Assembly: GCA_949293555.1 (NCBI GenBank)
Contig: CASFDV010000003.1
Location: forward strand, 7,614 to 71,613
Direction: 5' to 3'
DNA: 64,000 nucleotides
Origin: an uncultured Bacillota bacterium
GTDB taxonomy: Bacteria; Bacillota_I; Bacilli_A; RFN20; CAG-826
In this document: one piece after another, positions 17,303-27,181 of the stretch
Layout of the letters: every line of letters begins with the position of its first letter
Numbering within the stretch: position 1 is the stretch's first letter
The notes under the pieces: generated by a model
Database searches by the model: none
Seen by the model: only the letters and a program-made list of their open reading frames with translations
Told to the model about the DNA's origin: nothing
Program-made: the position numbers and the translations under genes

Positions 17303-19258
17303 ATGTTCCGCCTATACAAGCGCCTTCGCCCCTTGGACTGGGGGATCGTGGCCATCATCGTGGGGCTCACCATCCTCCAGGTGTGGTGCACCATGCTTCT
17401 CGTCGACTACACGAGCGAGATGATCAGCGCCATCCAGCTTTTGAACTGCCATAACTCCGCCTCGGAGTTCCTTCTCATGGCGGAAAGCGCCTTCGGGGAG
17501 GAGGGGGCCCCCTTCGTGGAGACGCTCCGCGCGCTTCTTGCCCCTCACACGACCGCCACGGGGGCGATCGACTGGGGCGGCCTCCTCGTGGACCCCTCCT
17601 ACCAAGGGCTCCTTGCTTCTTTCCCGGCGGGGCTCCAGGACGTCTTCCATTCCCTTGAGTCGGCTTCCCCGGGAGACATCTGGGTCAACGCGGGCATGAT
17701 GGTGCTCGTCGCCCTTGGGACGGCTTCCTGCCAGATCCTCATCGAGGTGCTCGCCAGCCGCGTCACCGCGAACCTTGCCTCCCGCGTCAGGGACGAGTTC
17801 CACCACAAGGTCGATTCCTTCGGCCTCGGGGAAATCCGCCGCTTCTCAACCGCCTCCTTGATCACCAGGGCGACCAACGACGTCCAGCAGGTCTCGATGT
17901 GCACGCTCCTTCTCCTCAGGATGGTGTTCGCCGCCCCAGTGACCGCGATCTGGGCGATCTGCAAGATCCAGTCCGTCGCCGGGGAGCTGACGCTGGCGAC
18001 CGCCCTCGCCGTGCTCGTCCTCGTGGCCGCCCTCGTTTCCCTCATGCTCCTCGTCCTTTCGGAGTTCAAGAGGATGCAGAAGAGGATCGACCTCCTGAAC
18101 TCCCTCACCGAGGAGAACCTTTCGGGCATCCGCGTGGTCCGCGCCTATGAGGCGGAAGGCTACCAGGAAGGGAAGTTCCGGAAGGCGAACGCCGAGCTGA
18201 CGAGGAGCCAGCTTTTCACAGGAAGGGTCCTCGCCCTCCTTTCGCCCGCGATGATGATCGTCATGAACGGGCTGACCCTCGCCATCTACTGGATCGGCGC
18301 CTATCTCATAAACCGGGGCGGGACCACCCTCGACTACGCCTCCATGAGCGCCTTCAGCTCCCTTGCCACCCAGATCGTCATGTCCTTCATGATGCTCCTG
18401 ATGATGTTCGTTCTCTGGCCGCGCGCCTCGGTGAGCGCCCGCCGCATCAACGAGGTCCTGGGGACGACGCCTGCCATCGAGGATCCGGAAGCGGAGGAAG
18501 CCCTGGCGGAAGAGGGAACCGTCGAGTTCCGCGACGTTAGCTTCCGCTACCCCGATAGCGAGGCTGACGTCATCGAGCACGTGAGCTTCCGCGCCAGGAA
18601 GGGGGACACCGTCGCCTTCATCGGCTCGACCGGCTCGGGGAAGAGCACCCTCGTGAACCTCGTCCCGCGGCTATACGACGTTTCCGACGGCGAGGTCCTC
18701 GTGGACGGGGTCGACGTGAGGAAGATAAGGCAGGACACCCTCCGGAAGAAGGTCGCGCTCGTCCCGCAGGCCGGGGTCCTCTTCACCGGGACCGTCCGTT
18801 CGAACGTCGGGCTTGGCGCGCCCTCCCTCAGCGAGGAGAAATGCCGCGAGGCCCTCCGGCTCAGCGAGGCGCTTTCCTTCGTCGAGGAGATGGAAGGGGG
18901 ACTGGACGCCCCGATCGCCCAGGGAGGCACGAACGTCTCCGGCGGGCAGAGGCAGAGGCTATGCATCGCCCGGGCGCTCGCGGTCGATCCCGAGATCCTC
19001 GTCTTCGACGATTCCTTCAGCGCCCTCGACTTCAAGACGGACCGCTCCGTCAGGGAGAACCTCGCCCGGGAGGCGAAGGGAATCACCAAGCTCATCGTCG
19101 CCCAGAGGATCGGCACCATCATGGACGCCGACCTCATCCTCGTCCTTCAGGAAGGCAAGGTCGTCGGGGAGGGAAAGCACGAGGAACTCCTGCAGAACTG
19201 CCCTGTTTATCGCGATATCGCCCTCAGCCAGATGTCGAAGGAGGAGCTTGGCCTATGA
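17303..19258 (+). CDS. ABC exporter, fused permease/ATPase subunit (heterodimeric multidrug-type)
   Basis: Six transmembrane helices plus a nucleotide-binding domain: GSTGSGKST, LSGGQRQRLCIARAL, LVFDDSFSALD. Confidence 0.9.
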   Translation: MFRLYKRLRPLDWGIVAIIVGLTILQVWCTMLLVDYTSEMISAIQLLNCHNSASEFLLMAESAFGEEGAPFVETLRALLAPHTTATGAIDWGGLLVDPSYQGLLASFPAGLQDVFHSLESASPGDIWVNAGMMVLVALGTASCQILIEVLASRVTANLASRVRDEFHHKVDSFGLGEIRRFSTASLITRATNDVQQVSMCTLLLLRMVFAAPVTAIWAICKIQSVAGELTLATALAVLVLVAALVSLMLLVLSEFKRMQKRIDLLNSLTEENLSGIRVVRAYEAEGYQEGKFRKANAELTRSQLFTGRVLALLSPAMMIVMNGLTLAIYWIGAYLINRGGTTLDYASMSAFSSLATQIVMSFMMLLMMFVLWPRASVSARRINEVLGTTPAIEDPEAEEALAEEGTVEFRDVSFRYPDSEADVIEHVSFRARKGDTVAFIGSTGSGKSTLVNLVPRLYDVSDGEVLVDGVDVRKIRQDTLRKKVALVPQAGVLFTGTVRSNVGLGAPSLSEEKCREALRLSEALSFVEEMEGGLDAPIAQGGTNVSGGQRQRLCIARALAVDPEILVFDDSFSALDFKTDRSVRENLAREAKGITKLIVAQRIGTIMDADLILVLQEGKVVGEGKHEELLQNCPVYRDIALSQMSKEELGL

Positions 19259-21039
19259 GAAGGGACGCGCTCGACAAGAAGGCTTTCCAGAGTTTGTTCA
19301 GGTCCTTGGGGAAGAAGGGGATCCTCCCTGTCCTCATCTCTTCCCTCCTCCTCATCCTTTCCGTCGTCCTCCAGATCCTCGCGCCGACCTACCTCAAGGA
19401 GTTCACCGACCAGATCGCGGACGGCTACCTGGCCCACGCGATCGACATGGATGCCCTCCTCAGGACCGGGATCACCCTCATCTCCTTCTATGTCGCGGTC
19501 GCGGTTTCGGGCTACCTGGCGAACTTCATCCTCACGACCGTCACCCAGCGCTACGCAGAGCGGCTGCGGAACGAGATCGCCCGGAAGATCAACCGCGTGC
19601 CGCTTAGCTACTTCGACGGCCACCAGCACGGGGACGTCCTCTCGACCCTCACCAACGACGTCGACCAGATCGGGAGCTCCCTCCAGCAGGCGGTGGGCAT
19701 GGTCGTCCAGTCCCTCTTCATGCTCGTAGGCGTCCTCGTCGCGATGTTCAGCGTCTCCTGGCAGATGGCCCTTTCCGCGATGGCCTCCCTCCCCCTCATG
19801 GCAGTCTTCGTCCTGATCGTCCTGAAGATGGCGATGCCTCGCTTCAAGAGGAGGCAGGACGGGATCGCCGCGGTGAACGCGCTCGTCGAGGAGATATACA
19901 AGGGCCACCTCATCATCAAGGCGTTCCGCGCCTCCTCGAAGACCGGGGAGGCCTTCCGGAAGAGGAACGAGGAGCTTCGCGAGGCCATGTTCCAGGCCCA
20001 GTGCCTCGGCGGCCTCTTCCAGCCCTTCATGAGCTTCATGAGCTACTTCGCCTACGCGGCCGTGTTCCTCGTCGGCGGCCTTCTCATGAACGAAGGGGCG
20101 GGCATCACCTTCGGGACGATCGCCGCCTTCCTCGTCTACGTCTCCCTCTTCCAGTCGCCCCTCAGCCAGCTCGCCCAGGCGATGAACACCCTCCAGATGG
20201 CCGGCGCAAGCGCCTCCCGCGTCTTCTCCTTCCTCGGGGAGGAGGAAATGCCGGACGAATCCGGGAAGAAGCCCGTCTTCCTGCCGGCGGGAGGGGAACG
20301 GCCCCTCAAGGGCGAGGTCGTCTTCGAGAACGTCTCCTTCTCCTACGACGGGGAGCGCGAGATCATCCACGGCTTCAGCGCGAAGGTGGAGCCAGGCATG
20401 AAGGTCGCGATCGTCGGCCCCACGGGCGCGGGGAAGACGACGATGGTGAACCTCCTGATGCGCTTCTACGAGATCGAGGGAGGCAGGATCCTCATCGACG
20501 GGACGCCGCTTTCCTCCTTGTCCAGGGACGAGGTCCACCGCCTCTTCGGGATGGTGCTCCAGGACTCATGGGTGTTCCGCGGCTCGATCCGCGAGAACCT
20601 CGTCTACAACACCCCGGACGTCGGGGAGGAGAGGATCCAGGAGGCCCTCCGGGACTGCTCGCTCTGCCACTACGTGCAGACCCTTCCGGGCGGGCTTTCC
20701 CACGTAGTCGAGGATCCCGGCGAGATCGCCGGAGGGCAAAGGCAGCTCCTCACTATTGCGAGGGCCGAGATCAAGGATGCGCCGCTCCTCATCCTCGATG
20801 AGGCGACGAGCAACGTCGACACGAGGACCGAGGAAAAGATCCAGGAGGCGATGGACCGCCTCATGGAGGGGCGCACCTCCTTCGTCATCGCCCATCGCCT
20901 ATCCACGATCAAGAACGCCGACCTCATCCTCGTCATGAAGGACGGGGACATCGTCGAGCAAGGGACCCACGACTCCCTCATGGAGCAGGGCGGGTTCTAC
21001 AAGGGCCTCTACGAGGCGCAGTTCAGCCTGGGGGACTAG
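19255..21039 (+). CDS. ABC exporter, second fused permease/ATPase subunit
   Basis: ATGA start/stop overlap with the upstream subunit. Walker A motif GPTGAGKTT; ABC signature is degenerate (IAGGQRQLLTIARA); D-loop LILDEATSNVD. Confidence 0.9.
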   Translation: MRRDALDKKAFQSLFRSLGKKGILPVLISSLLLILSVVLQILAPTYLKEFTDQIADGYLAHAIDMDALLRTGITLISFYVAVAVSGYLANFILTTVTQRYAERLRNEIARKINRVPLSYFDGHQHGDVLSTLTNDVDQIGSSLQQAVGMVVQSLFMLVGVLVAMFSVSWQMALSAMASLPLMAVFVLIVLKMAMPRFKRRQDGIAAVNALVEEIYKGHLIIKAFRASSKTGEAFRKRNEELREAMFQAQCLGGLFQPFMSFMSYFAYAAVFLVGGLLMNEGAGITFGTIAAFLVYVSLFQSPLSQLAQAMNTLQMAGASASRVFSFLGEEEMPDESGKKPVFLPAGGERPLKGEVVFENVSFSYDGEREIIHGFSAKVEPGMKVAIVGPTGAGKTTMVNLLMRFYEIEGGRILIDGTPLSSLSRDEVHRLFGMVLQDSWVFRGSIRENLVYNTPDVGEERIQEALRDCSLCHYVQTLPGGLSHVVEDPGEIAGGQRQLLTIARAEIKDAPLLILDEATSNVDTRTEEKIQEAMDRLMEGRTSFVIAHRLSTIKNADLILVMKDGDIVEQGTHDSLMEQGGFYKGLYEAQFSLGD

Positions 21040-21893
21040 AGGCTAGGGACGCTCCCGTCCTCGCCGAAGTAGAAGATGACGCGCCTCGTGCTGTCCTCGA
21101 ACTCCTCCTCGAGGTCCAGCGGATGGACGCCTTCTCCCGGATCTTTCCCGGCTTCCTCGGGGGACCAGCCGTCCCCTCCATGGAGGATGACGTTCCCTTT
21201 CCAGTCTTCGGGCGCGAATATGTCGAGGGACTTCCCTCCGATCGCGCGCTGGCCGTCCTTATGGACGATCGTGCCCGCGCCCCCTGATATCTCGAGGGTG
21301 GAGCGTTCCTCCATGTGGATGTAGATAGGCACTTCCTCGCCTTCCCGCGATCCTAGTAGGGGATAGCCTTGCTGGAACCGGTATTCCTCCGAGTGGGCGA
21401 TGGTCACGTGCCCCTTGATGGCGAGATGGAGCGGCGTTTCGTTCGTGTTGAGGAACTGCTCCTCGCTCGTGCGGACGTCGATGTCCTCAAGCGTCAGGAA
21501 GAAGTCCCTGTAGGTGGGGAGGGCGATGGAGAAGTCGGCCTCCTCCCCTCCTCCGACGATCCGGAGGGACTTGAGGGCATAGGGAAGGTAGATGTCGACG
21601 TGCTCGGCCCCGTATCGTGGCATGTAGTGGACCGTCATGGCCTCCTTCTCGGTTTCTTGAAGGAGCTCCTTGAGGTCCTCGGGTTCCCTCACGGGGTTCT
21701 CCATGCTCCCGAGGTCCTCGGGAAGTCCTTCCTCCTCGCCCTTGGGGAGAAGATGGATCGCCGTCTCCGTACCGAGGTAGGCGAAGCCCCCTAGGGAAGC
21801 GAGGCACCCGATGGTCGCGAACGCGGAAGCTAGCTTATGCATCGCCTGGATTTTACCCCAAACCGAGTGGAAATCGGGCATTGCAGGGAGCAT
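21036..21893 (-). CDS. Hypothetical lipoprotein
   Basis: Probable signal peptide and lipobox (MHKLASAFATIGC). Start codon is uncertain: MLPAM or MHKLAS. Confidence 0.5.
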   Translation of the reverse strand: MLPAMPDFHSVWGKIQAMHKLASAFATIGCLASLGGFAYLGTETAIHLLPKGEEEGLPEDLGSMENPVREPEDLKELLQETEKEAMTVHYMPRYGAEHVDIYLPYALKSLRIVGGGEEADFSIALPTYRDFFLTLEDIDVRTSEEQFLNTNETPLHLAIKGHVTIAHSEEYRFQQGYPLLGSREGEEVPIYIHMEERSTLEISGGAGTIVHKDGQRAIGGKSLDIFAPEDWKGNVILHGGDGWSPEEAGKDPGEGVHPLDLEEEFEDSTRRVIFYFGEDGSVPSL

Positions 21894-22056
21894 ATCCTCC
21901 TACTCATCCCGGTTCGCTTAGCGAAGATTTCGCATTAACCTTGCATTACCTAGACCAAAGGGCTGGTTTCTGAGCGAATTGCCGAATAGTTGAGCATCTT
22001 CACGTTCCTTTCGCACCCTCCCCACGCGCGGGAGCCGTGGTTAAAATGTCTTCCGT

Positions 22057-23505
22057 ATGGAAAAGATCGAGTCCGGGGCGCGTCCTGCCCTCCGCCTGAA
22101 CTACAAGCGGACTTTCCTCATCGGCTTCGCCTTCTTCGGGATCCTGCTCCTTTGGCAGGTGTACGACTCCTGGTGCCCCACGATCCTCACCGAGCTCTTC
22201 GCCCGGAACATATTCGGCGTGGAAGGGGGCGCCGCCCTCTCGGAGGAGCTTTCCCTCGAGGTGCAGTACCTCGTAGGCATCATGATGGCGATCGATAACC
22301 TCGCCGCGCTCATCCTCCTTCCGATCTTCGGCTCCCTGAGCGACAAGACGAAGTCTCCCATCGGCAAGAGGATGCCCTACATCCTCGCCGGAACGCTGGT
22401 CGCCGCGCTCGCCTTCCCCTTCATCCCGCTTCTCTTCCACTACCTCCCCGACCAGATCGGCGGGCTCGTCGGCGTCATCCTCATCATGCTCGTCGTCATC
22501 GTCGCGATGATGACCTACCGGAGCCCGGCGGTCTCCCTCATGCCCGACCTCACGCCGAAGCCCCTCCGGAGCAAGGCGAACGGAATCATCAACATCATGG
22601 GCTACCTCGGCGGGGCCTGCGCCACCTTCATGGGGATGGGCTTCGTCCTGAGCGACTACGTCCGCGACCCGGAAAGCTGGTGCTACCAGAACATCTGGGC
22701 GATCGAGCTCCCCTTCCTCATCGCCTCCCTCCTCATGGTGGTGTCCGCCTTCGTCCTCTTCTTCAAGGTGAAGGAGAACAAGCTGGCCGAGGAGCTCCGT
22801 CCCGAGCTCGAGGAAGGGGAGAGGCTTTCCATGACCGCGGAGAAGGTCGACGACGACAAGCCGATGGCGAAGGCGAACAAGGTCATGCTCGGCCTCATCC
22901 TCGGGGCCGAGGTCTGCTGGTTCATGGCGGATAACGCGGTCAACACCTTCTTCTCCCTCTTCGTCCAGTACTACCTGAACTGCTCGACCTCCTCGAGCTC
23001 CCTCCTCACCATCCTCGGCGGCGTCTTCAGCGTCCTCGGCTTCTGGTTCGGGGGAGTGATCGCCGACAGGATCGGAAGGAAGTGGACGATCTCGATCGGC
23101 CTCGGCCTTTATATCGTCGGGGCGATCCTCATGTGCTTCGCCTGGCCGACGGAAGGGGCGGATGGCGCCTACGTCCTCCCGTGGATCCTCTACCTCGTCT
23201 TCCCGATCAAAGGCTTCGGGATCGCCCTCGTCAACACCTGCAGCTTCCCGATGGTCGTCGAGCTCTGCTCCTCGAAGAAGGTCGGGAAGTTCACCAGCTA
23301 CTACTACGCCGCCTCGATGGGGGCCCAGTCCGTCACCTCGATCGCCCTGGGCGGGCTCCTCTACCTGACGAAGAGCTACAGCACCCTTCCCATCTACGCG
23401 ACCTGCTTCATGGCGGCCGCCTTCCTGATCTTCCTCTTCGTGAGGAACATCAAGGCCAAGGTGGTCCGCACCAAGAGGGGACTTGAGGCCCTCGATCAGG
23501 ACTAG
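22057..23505 (+). CDS. MFS-superfamily transporter
   Basis: About 12 predicted transmembrane helices with the MFS organisation. First gene of a lipid-related operon. Confidence 0.8.
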   Translation: MEKIESGARPALRLNYKRTFLIGFAFFGILLLWQVYDSWCPTILTELFARNIFGVEGGAALSEELSLEVQYLVGIMMAIDNLAALILLPIFGSLSDKTKSPIGKRMPYILAGTLVAALAFPFIPLLFHYLPDQIGGLVGVILIMLVVIVAMMTYRSPAVSLMPDLTPKPLRSKANGIINIMGYLGGACATFMGMGFVLSDYVRDPESWCYQNIWAIELPFLIASLLMVVSAFVLFFKVKENKLAEELRPELEEGERLSMTAEKVDDDKPMAKANKVMLGLILGAEVCWFMADNAVNTFFSLFVQYYLNCSTSSSSLLTILGGVFSVLGFWFGGVIADRIGRKWTISIGLGLYIVGAILMCFAWPTEGADGAYVLPWILYLVFPIKGFGIALVNTCSFPMVVELCSSKKVGKFTSYYYAASMGAQSVTSIALGGLLYLTKSYSTLPIYATCFMAAAFLIFLFVRNIKAKVVRTKRGLEALDQD

Positions 23506-23513
23506 GAGGGGAT

Positions 23514-24518
23514 ATGCCAGCGATCATCACCCATTACGCCTTCGCCCTCGGGGCGATGGAGAGGAAGGACCGCGCTCCTGAGGAGAAGGAAGCCCTCCTC
23601 GTCGGCGCCCAGGGGCCCGACCCCTTCTTCTTTTTCGGCCAGCGCCCCTGGCTCCGCCGCCATAGCAGGGAGGAGGTCACCTCCTTCGGGCACGAACTCC
23701 ACCACGTCGACCCCACCGACTGCTACTTCCTCATGATGGACGAGGCGCGGAAGGAGGGGGACGAGAAGGCGAGGAGGATCCTCTTCTCCTACCTCGAGGG
23801 GCTCTTGCTCCACTACTCGCTCGACCGGAACTGCCACCCCTACGTCTGGAGCCGCTGCGGCTACGGGCGGACTCCGGAGGAGAAGAAGGAGTGGGGGGCG
23901 AGCCATACGTGGCTGGAGACCCTCATCGACCGCGTCTATGGCGGGGAGAAGGGCGTCTTCACCATCCACGCGGACAAGTACCTCGCGCTCGACTATCGCT
24001 CCGCCTCTCTCATCGGCGCCCTTTGGGCGAAGGCGAACGACGCCACGCTAAGGAAGGAATCCTTCGATGAGAACTCCTTCCTCCTTTCCCTCGTCGACTA
24101 CCGGGCCATCATGCGCCTGACGAACGTCCCCCACGGCTGGAGCCGCTTCCTCACGCGTCTGATGGGGAAGAAGTCCGTCCCCTTCCGCATGAACCTTCCG
24201 ATCCGCCTCAAGCCAGAGGAGGAGGCTCTCGACGTCATGAACGAGAGGCACGCCATGTGGCGCGACCCCGTCATGGGCCATCACCGGAGCGAGTCGCTCC
24301 ACGAGCTCATGGGGAAGGCGGAGGAGGACTACAAGGTCGCCCTCGGGATCCTCAAGGACGCCTTCGAGGGGAAGGAAGGCGCCAAGGAAGCGCTCCGGCG
24401 CTTTTCTCACGGCCTCGACCACGACGGCTACCGCCCGAGCGAGAAGCTCCTCTACATGAGCCCGATCTGGCCCGGCTCCCGGGAGAGGGCCCCCAAGGAC
24501 GAGAGAAAGGCGGGATGA
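23514..24518 (+). CDS. Zinc-dependent phospholipase C-like family protein
   Basis: The N-terminal ITHYAFALGA/His-rich pattern is typical of the Zn_dep_PLPC family. ATGA overlap with the cardiolipin synthase gene. Confidence 0.5.
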   Translation: MPAIITHYAFALGAMERKDRAPEEKEALLVGAQGPDPFFFFGQRPWLRRHSREEVTSFGHELHHVDPTDCYFLMMDEARKEGDEKARRILFSYLEGLLLHYSLDRNCHPYVWSRCGYGRTPEEKKEWGASHTWLETLIDRVYGGEKGVFTIHADKYLALDYRSASLIGALWAKANDATLRKESFDENSFLLSLVDYRAIMRLTNVPHGWSRFLTRLMGKKSVPFRMNLPIRLKPEEEALDVMNERHAMWRDPVMGHHRSESLHELMGKAEEDYKVALGILKDAFEGKEGAKEALRRFSHGLDHDGYRPSEKLLYMSPIWPGSRERAPKDERKAG

Positions 24519-26077
24519 AGCTTTTCCGGAGCGGGTTCTGGGCGAAGGCGGTCACCTGCCTTACGATCCTCGTCGAGCTGGCGCTCCTGATCGCTTTCTC
24601 CTACCTCTTTTCCGCCGGAATCCTCGAAAGCGAGTACGCGGCCATCTTCGTCCTCGTCCTTTTGCTCCTCAACCTCATGGCGATCGTCATCGCGGTGAAC
24701 GCGGGCGGGGAGACGGACTACAAGGTGAGCTGGCTCGCCTTCCTGGGCGCGATTCCCGTGTTCGGCCTCCTTTTCTACGTCCTTTTCGCCCACAAGTTCA
24801 CGAGCCCCTCGCAGAAGGCGTACATGAAGCGCTACGACGAGGCCCTCCTGAAGCGCGAGACGGAGCCTTCCACCCTCAAGGCGTTGGATGCCCTCAACCC
24901 CTCCGGAGGGAGGATCGCCCGCTATATAGAGCGTTCCTCGCACGGGGCGCTCTACCGGAACAGCGCCGTGACCTACTTCCCCCTGGGGGACGAGGCCTTC
25001 CCCGCGATGCTGGAGGAGCTAAGGAAGGCAAGGCACTATATCTTCCTCGAGTACTTCATCATCCATCCCGGGATCTTCTGGGACGAGATCCTGAAGATCC
25101 TGAAGGAAAAGGCGAAGGCGGGCCTGGATATCCGCCTCATGTACGACGACGTCGGCTCCTTGGCCACCATTCCGAGTGGATATCGGCAGGAACTCCGCAA
25201 AATGGGTATCAAATGCGAGGTATTCATGCCGATCCGCCCGTTTCTGGACATCCGGATGAACAACCGCGACCACCGCAAGATCCTCGTGATCGACGGGCAT
25301 ACCGCCTTCTCGGGAGGCATCAACCTCGCCGACGAGTACATCAACGCGGTCCCGCGCTTCGGGCATTGGAAGGACAACGCGGTCATGGTGAAGGGGAAGG
25401 CCGTCGAGGGCTTCACCCTCCTCTTCCTCGCCAACTGGGCGGCCTCCTTCGATCCCAAGGGCAAGATCGACTACGACTACTACCGGCCCGAGACCTTCAT
25501 CGACGAGGCCGGGGGCTTCCCTTCCTCGGAAGGCTTCCTTTCGCCCTACGGGGACGTGCCTTACGACGACTGGTCCACCGGGGCCGGGGTATATAGCGCC
25601 ATCATCACGGGAAGCCGCCGCTACCTTTATGTCTCGACCCCCTACCTCATCCTGGACTCCAGGCTCAGGGACGAGCTATGCCAGGCCGCCCTCTCGGGCG
25701 TGGACGTACGCATCCTTACCCCCCATATCCCCGACAAGAAGACGGTGTTCCAGTTGACGAGGGCGAACTACGGCCCCCTCCTCAAGGCGGGCGTGCGCGT
25801 CTTCGAGTACACCCCGGGGTTCGTCCACCAGAAGATGTTCGTCTCCGACGACTCCCTCGCCACATGCGGAACGATCAACCTCGACTACCGCTCGCTTTAC
25901 CTCCACCTCGAGAACGGCCTCTTCATCGCGGAAAGCCCCGTCATCATGAAGATGAGGGACGACTTCCTCGAGAGCCTTTCCCGTTCTGAGGAATGGACCT
26001 ACGAGACGTGGAAGAAAAGGAGGAGGGGGAAGCGCGCCTTCTGGGCGATACTCCGCGTCTTCGCCCCGTTGCTCTAG
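24515..26077 (+). CDS. cls: Cardiolipin synthase (PLD superfamily)
   Basis: N-terminal transmembrane helices and two HKD motifs (HRKILVIDG...GGINL and HQKMFVSDD...GTINL). Start is the internal ATG overlapping the upstream stop codon. Confidence 0.85.
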   Translation: MKLFRSGFWAKAVTCLTILVELALLIAFSYLFSAGILESEYAAIFVLVLLLLNLMAIVIAVNAGGETDYKVSWLAFLGAIPVFGLLFYVLFAHKFTSPSQKAYMKRYDEALLKRETEPSTLKALDALNPSGGRIARYIERSSHGALYRNSAVTYFPLGDEAFPAMLEELRKARHYIFLEYFIIHPGIFWDEILKILKEKAKAGLDIRLMYDDVGSLATIPSGYRQELRKMGIKCEVFMPIRPFLDIRMNNRDHRKILVIDGHTAFSGGINLADEYINAVPRFGHWKDNAVMVKGKAVEGFTLLFLANWAASFDPKGKIDYDYYRPETFIDEAGGFPSSEGFLSPYGDVPYDDWSTGAGVYSAIITGSRRYLYVSTPYLILDSRLRDELCQAALSGVDVRILTPHIPDKKTVFQLTRANYGPLLKAGVRVFEYTPGFVHQKMFVSDDSLATCGTINLDYRSLYLHLENGLFIAESPVIMKMRDDFLESLSRSEEWTYETWKKRRRGKRAFWAILRVFAPLL

Positions 26078-27057
26078 TGAAGGTCGGGTGCTGGACGAGG
26101 GGAGGGGCCTCCTATCTGCTCCTCCGGAACAAGGACGGCTTCCGGATTGTCCTTTGCGACGTCGGGGCTTCCGTCCGCGACATGTCCTGGAAGGGAAGGC
26201 CGCTCGTCGTCTCTCCCAGGGAGGAAGCGACTTTCCTTTCTTCCTCCTGCCAGTACGGGAAGTCCATCGGGAGGATCGCCGGGAGGATCCCCGGCGCCAC
26301 CCTCCCCTTCCTCGGGGAAACCCTTTCCCTGGAAGAAAGCTGGCCGGGCTGCACGATGCACGGCGGCCCCCATGGCTTCTCGATGCGGAGGTTCCGCATG
26401 GAGACGAGCCACTTCCGGGAGGGGGTCCGCGTCACCTTCTCCCTCCTTTCCCCGGACGGGGAAGGGGGCTTCCCCGGGGAACTGCACGCCATCTTCCACT
26501 ACTTCGTCCCCGAGAGGGGGGCCTGGTTCCGCTACGAAAGCGCGGCCCTTTCGAACAAGGCGACCCCCTACTCGCCCACCCTGCACCTATATTTCAACCT
26601 CGGGGGAGAGGGGGATGTCCTTTCCCACTCTCTCCTCCTTCCGGCGGATTCCATCGTGGAGACGGACGAGCGTCTCTTCCCCATCGGGAAGAAGAACATC
26701 GAAGAGGGCGGGCCCTTCGACTTCCATGAGGAGCGTCCGATCGGGGAGAGGATCGACGATCCCTTGCTCCAGGGGACGGGCGGGTACGACCACACCCTCT
26801 ATCTTGAGAGAGGGAAGCCCGTCCTTTTAAGGAACAAAGGGCTCTCGCTCAGGATCGAGACGGATTTCCCGGCGGTCCAGCTTTACACGGACAATCGCGG
26901 GAGCGGGCTTCCCCTCACCAACGGAAGGAACGAGGGGGATCGCGCCGGCGTCGCGATCGAACCCTTCTACCCCTTGGTGGACATCCGGGCGATGGGCCTT
27001 CTCCCGATGCGCCAGAGAAAGAACGTCACCACTTACTTCTTCGAGGAAAATCCCTAG
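26077..27057 (+). CDS. Aldose 1-epimerase (galactose mutarotase) family protein
   Basis: N-terminal pattern (V)KVGCWTRGGASYLLLRNKDGFRIVLCDVGASV is typical of the family. A GTG start overlapping the cls stop codon is likely; the alternative ATG at 25993 would overlap cls by 85 nt. Confidence 0.6.
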   Translation: MKVGCWTRGGASYLLLRNKDGFRIVLCDVGASVRDMSWKGRPLVVSPREEATFLSSSCQYGKSIGRIAGRIPGATLPFLGETLSLEESWPGCTMHGGPHGFSMRRFRMETSHFREGVRVTFSLLSPDGEGGFPGELHAIFHYFVPERGAWFRYESAALSNKATPYSPTLHLYFNLGGEGDVLSHSLLLPADSIVETDERLFPIGKKNIEEGGPFDFHEERPIGERIDDPLLQGTGGYDHTLYLERGKPVLLRNKGLSLRIETDFPAVQLYTDNRGSGLPLTNGRNEGDRAGVAIEPFYPLVDIRAMGLLPMRQRKNVTTYFFEENP

Positions 27058-27151
27058 AAATCCCATTCCCTTTTTCTGAATTCGCTAGATTTCCTTGCTT
27101 GAGGGAATGGCCTCGCCATTCTCCGGGAGCGCGAAAGCGCCCGTCCCATGC

Positions 27152-27157
27152 TATAAT
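27152..27157 (+). promoter_or_regulatory. Extended -10 promoter (tgcTATAAT) upstream of malQ
   Basis: TGnTATAAT lies 25 nt upstream of the GAGGA RBS and the ATG at 27182. Confidence 0.45.
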
Positions 27158-27181
27158 CCGAGGGAAAAGCGAGGATAACGA

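Noticed and set aside
18841-19254. N-terminal 138-aa extension of the second ABC subunit ORF
   Set aside because: Arg/Pro-rich out-of-context translation overlapping the first ABC gene. The real start is the ATG at 19255, which overlaps the upstream stop and follows a GGAGGAG RBS.
24257-24514. N-terminal extension of the cardiolipin synthase ORF
   Set aside because: Overlaps the PLC-like gene in another frame. The cls start is the ATGA overlap at 24515, immediately before the transmembrane helices.
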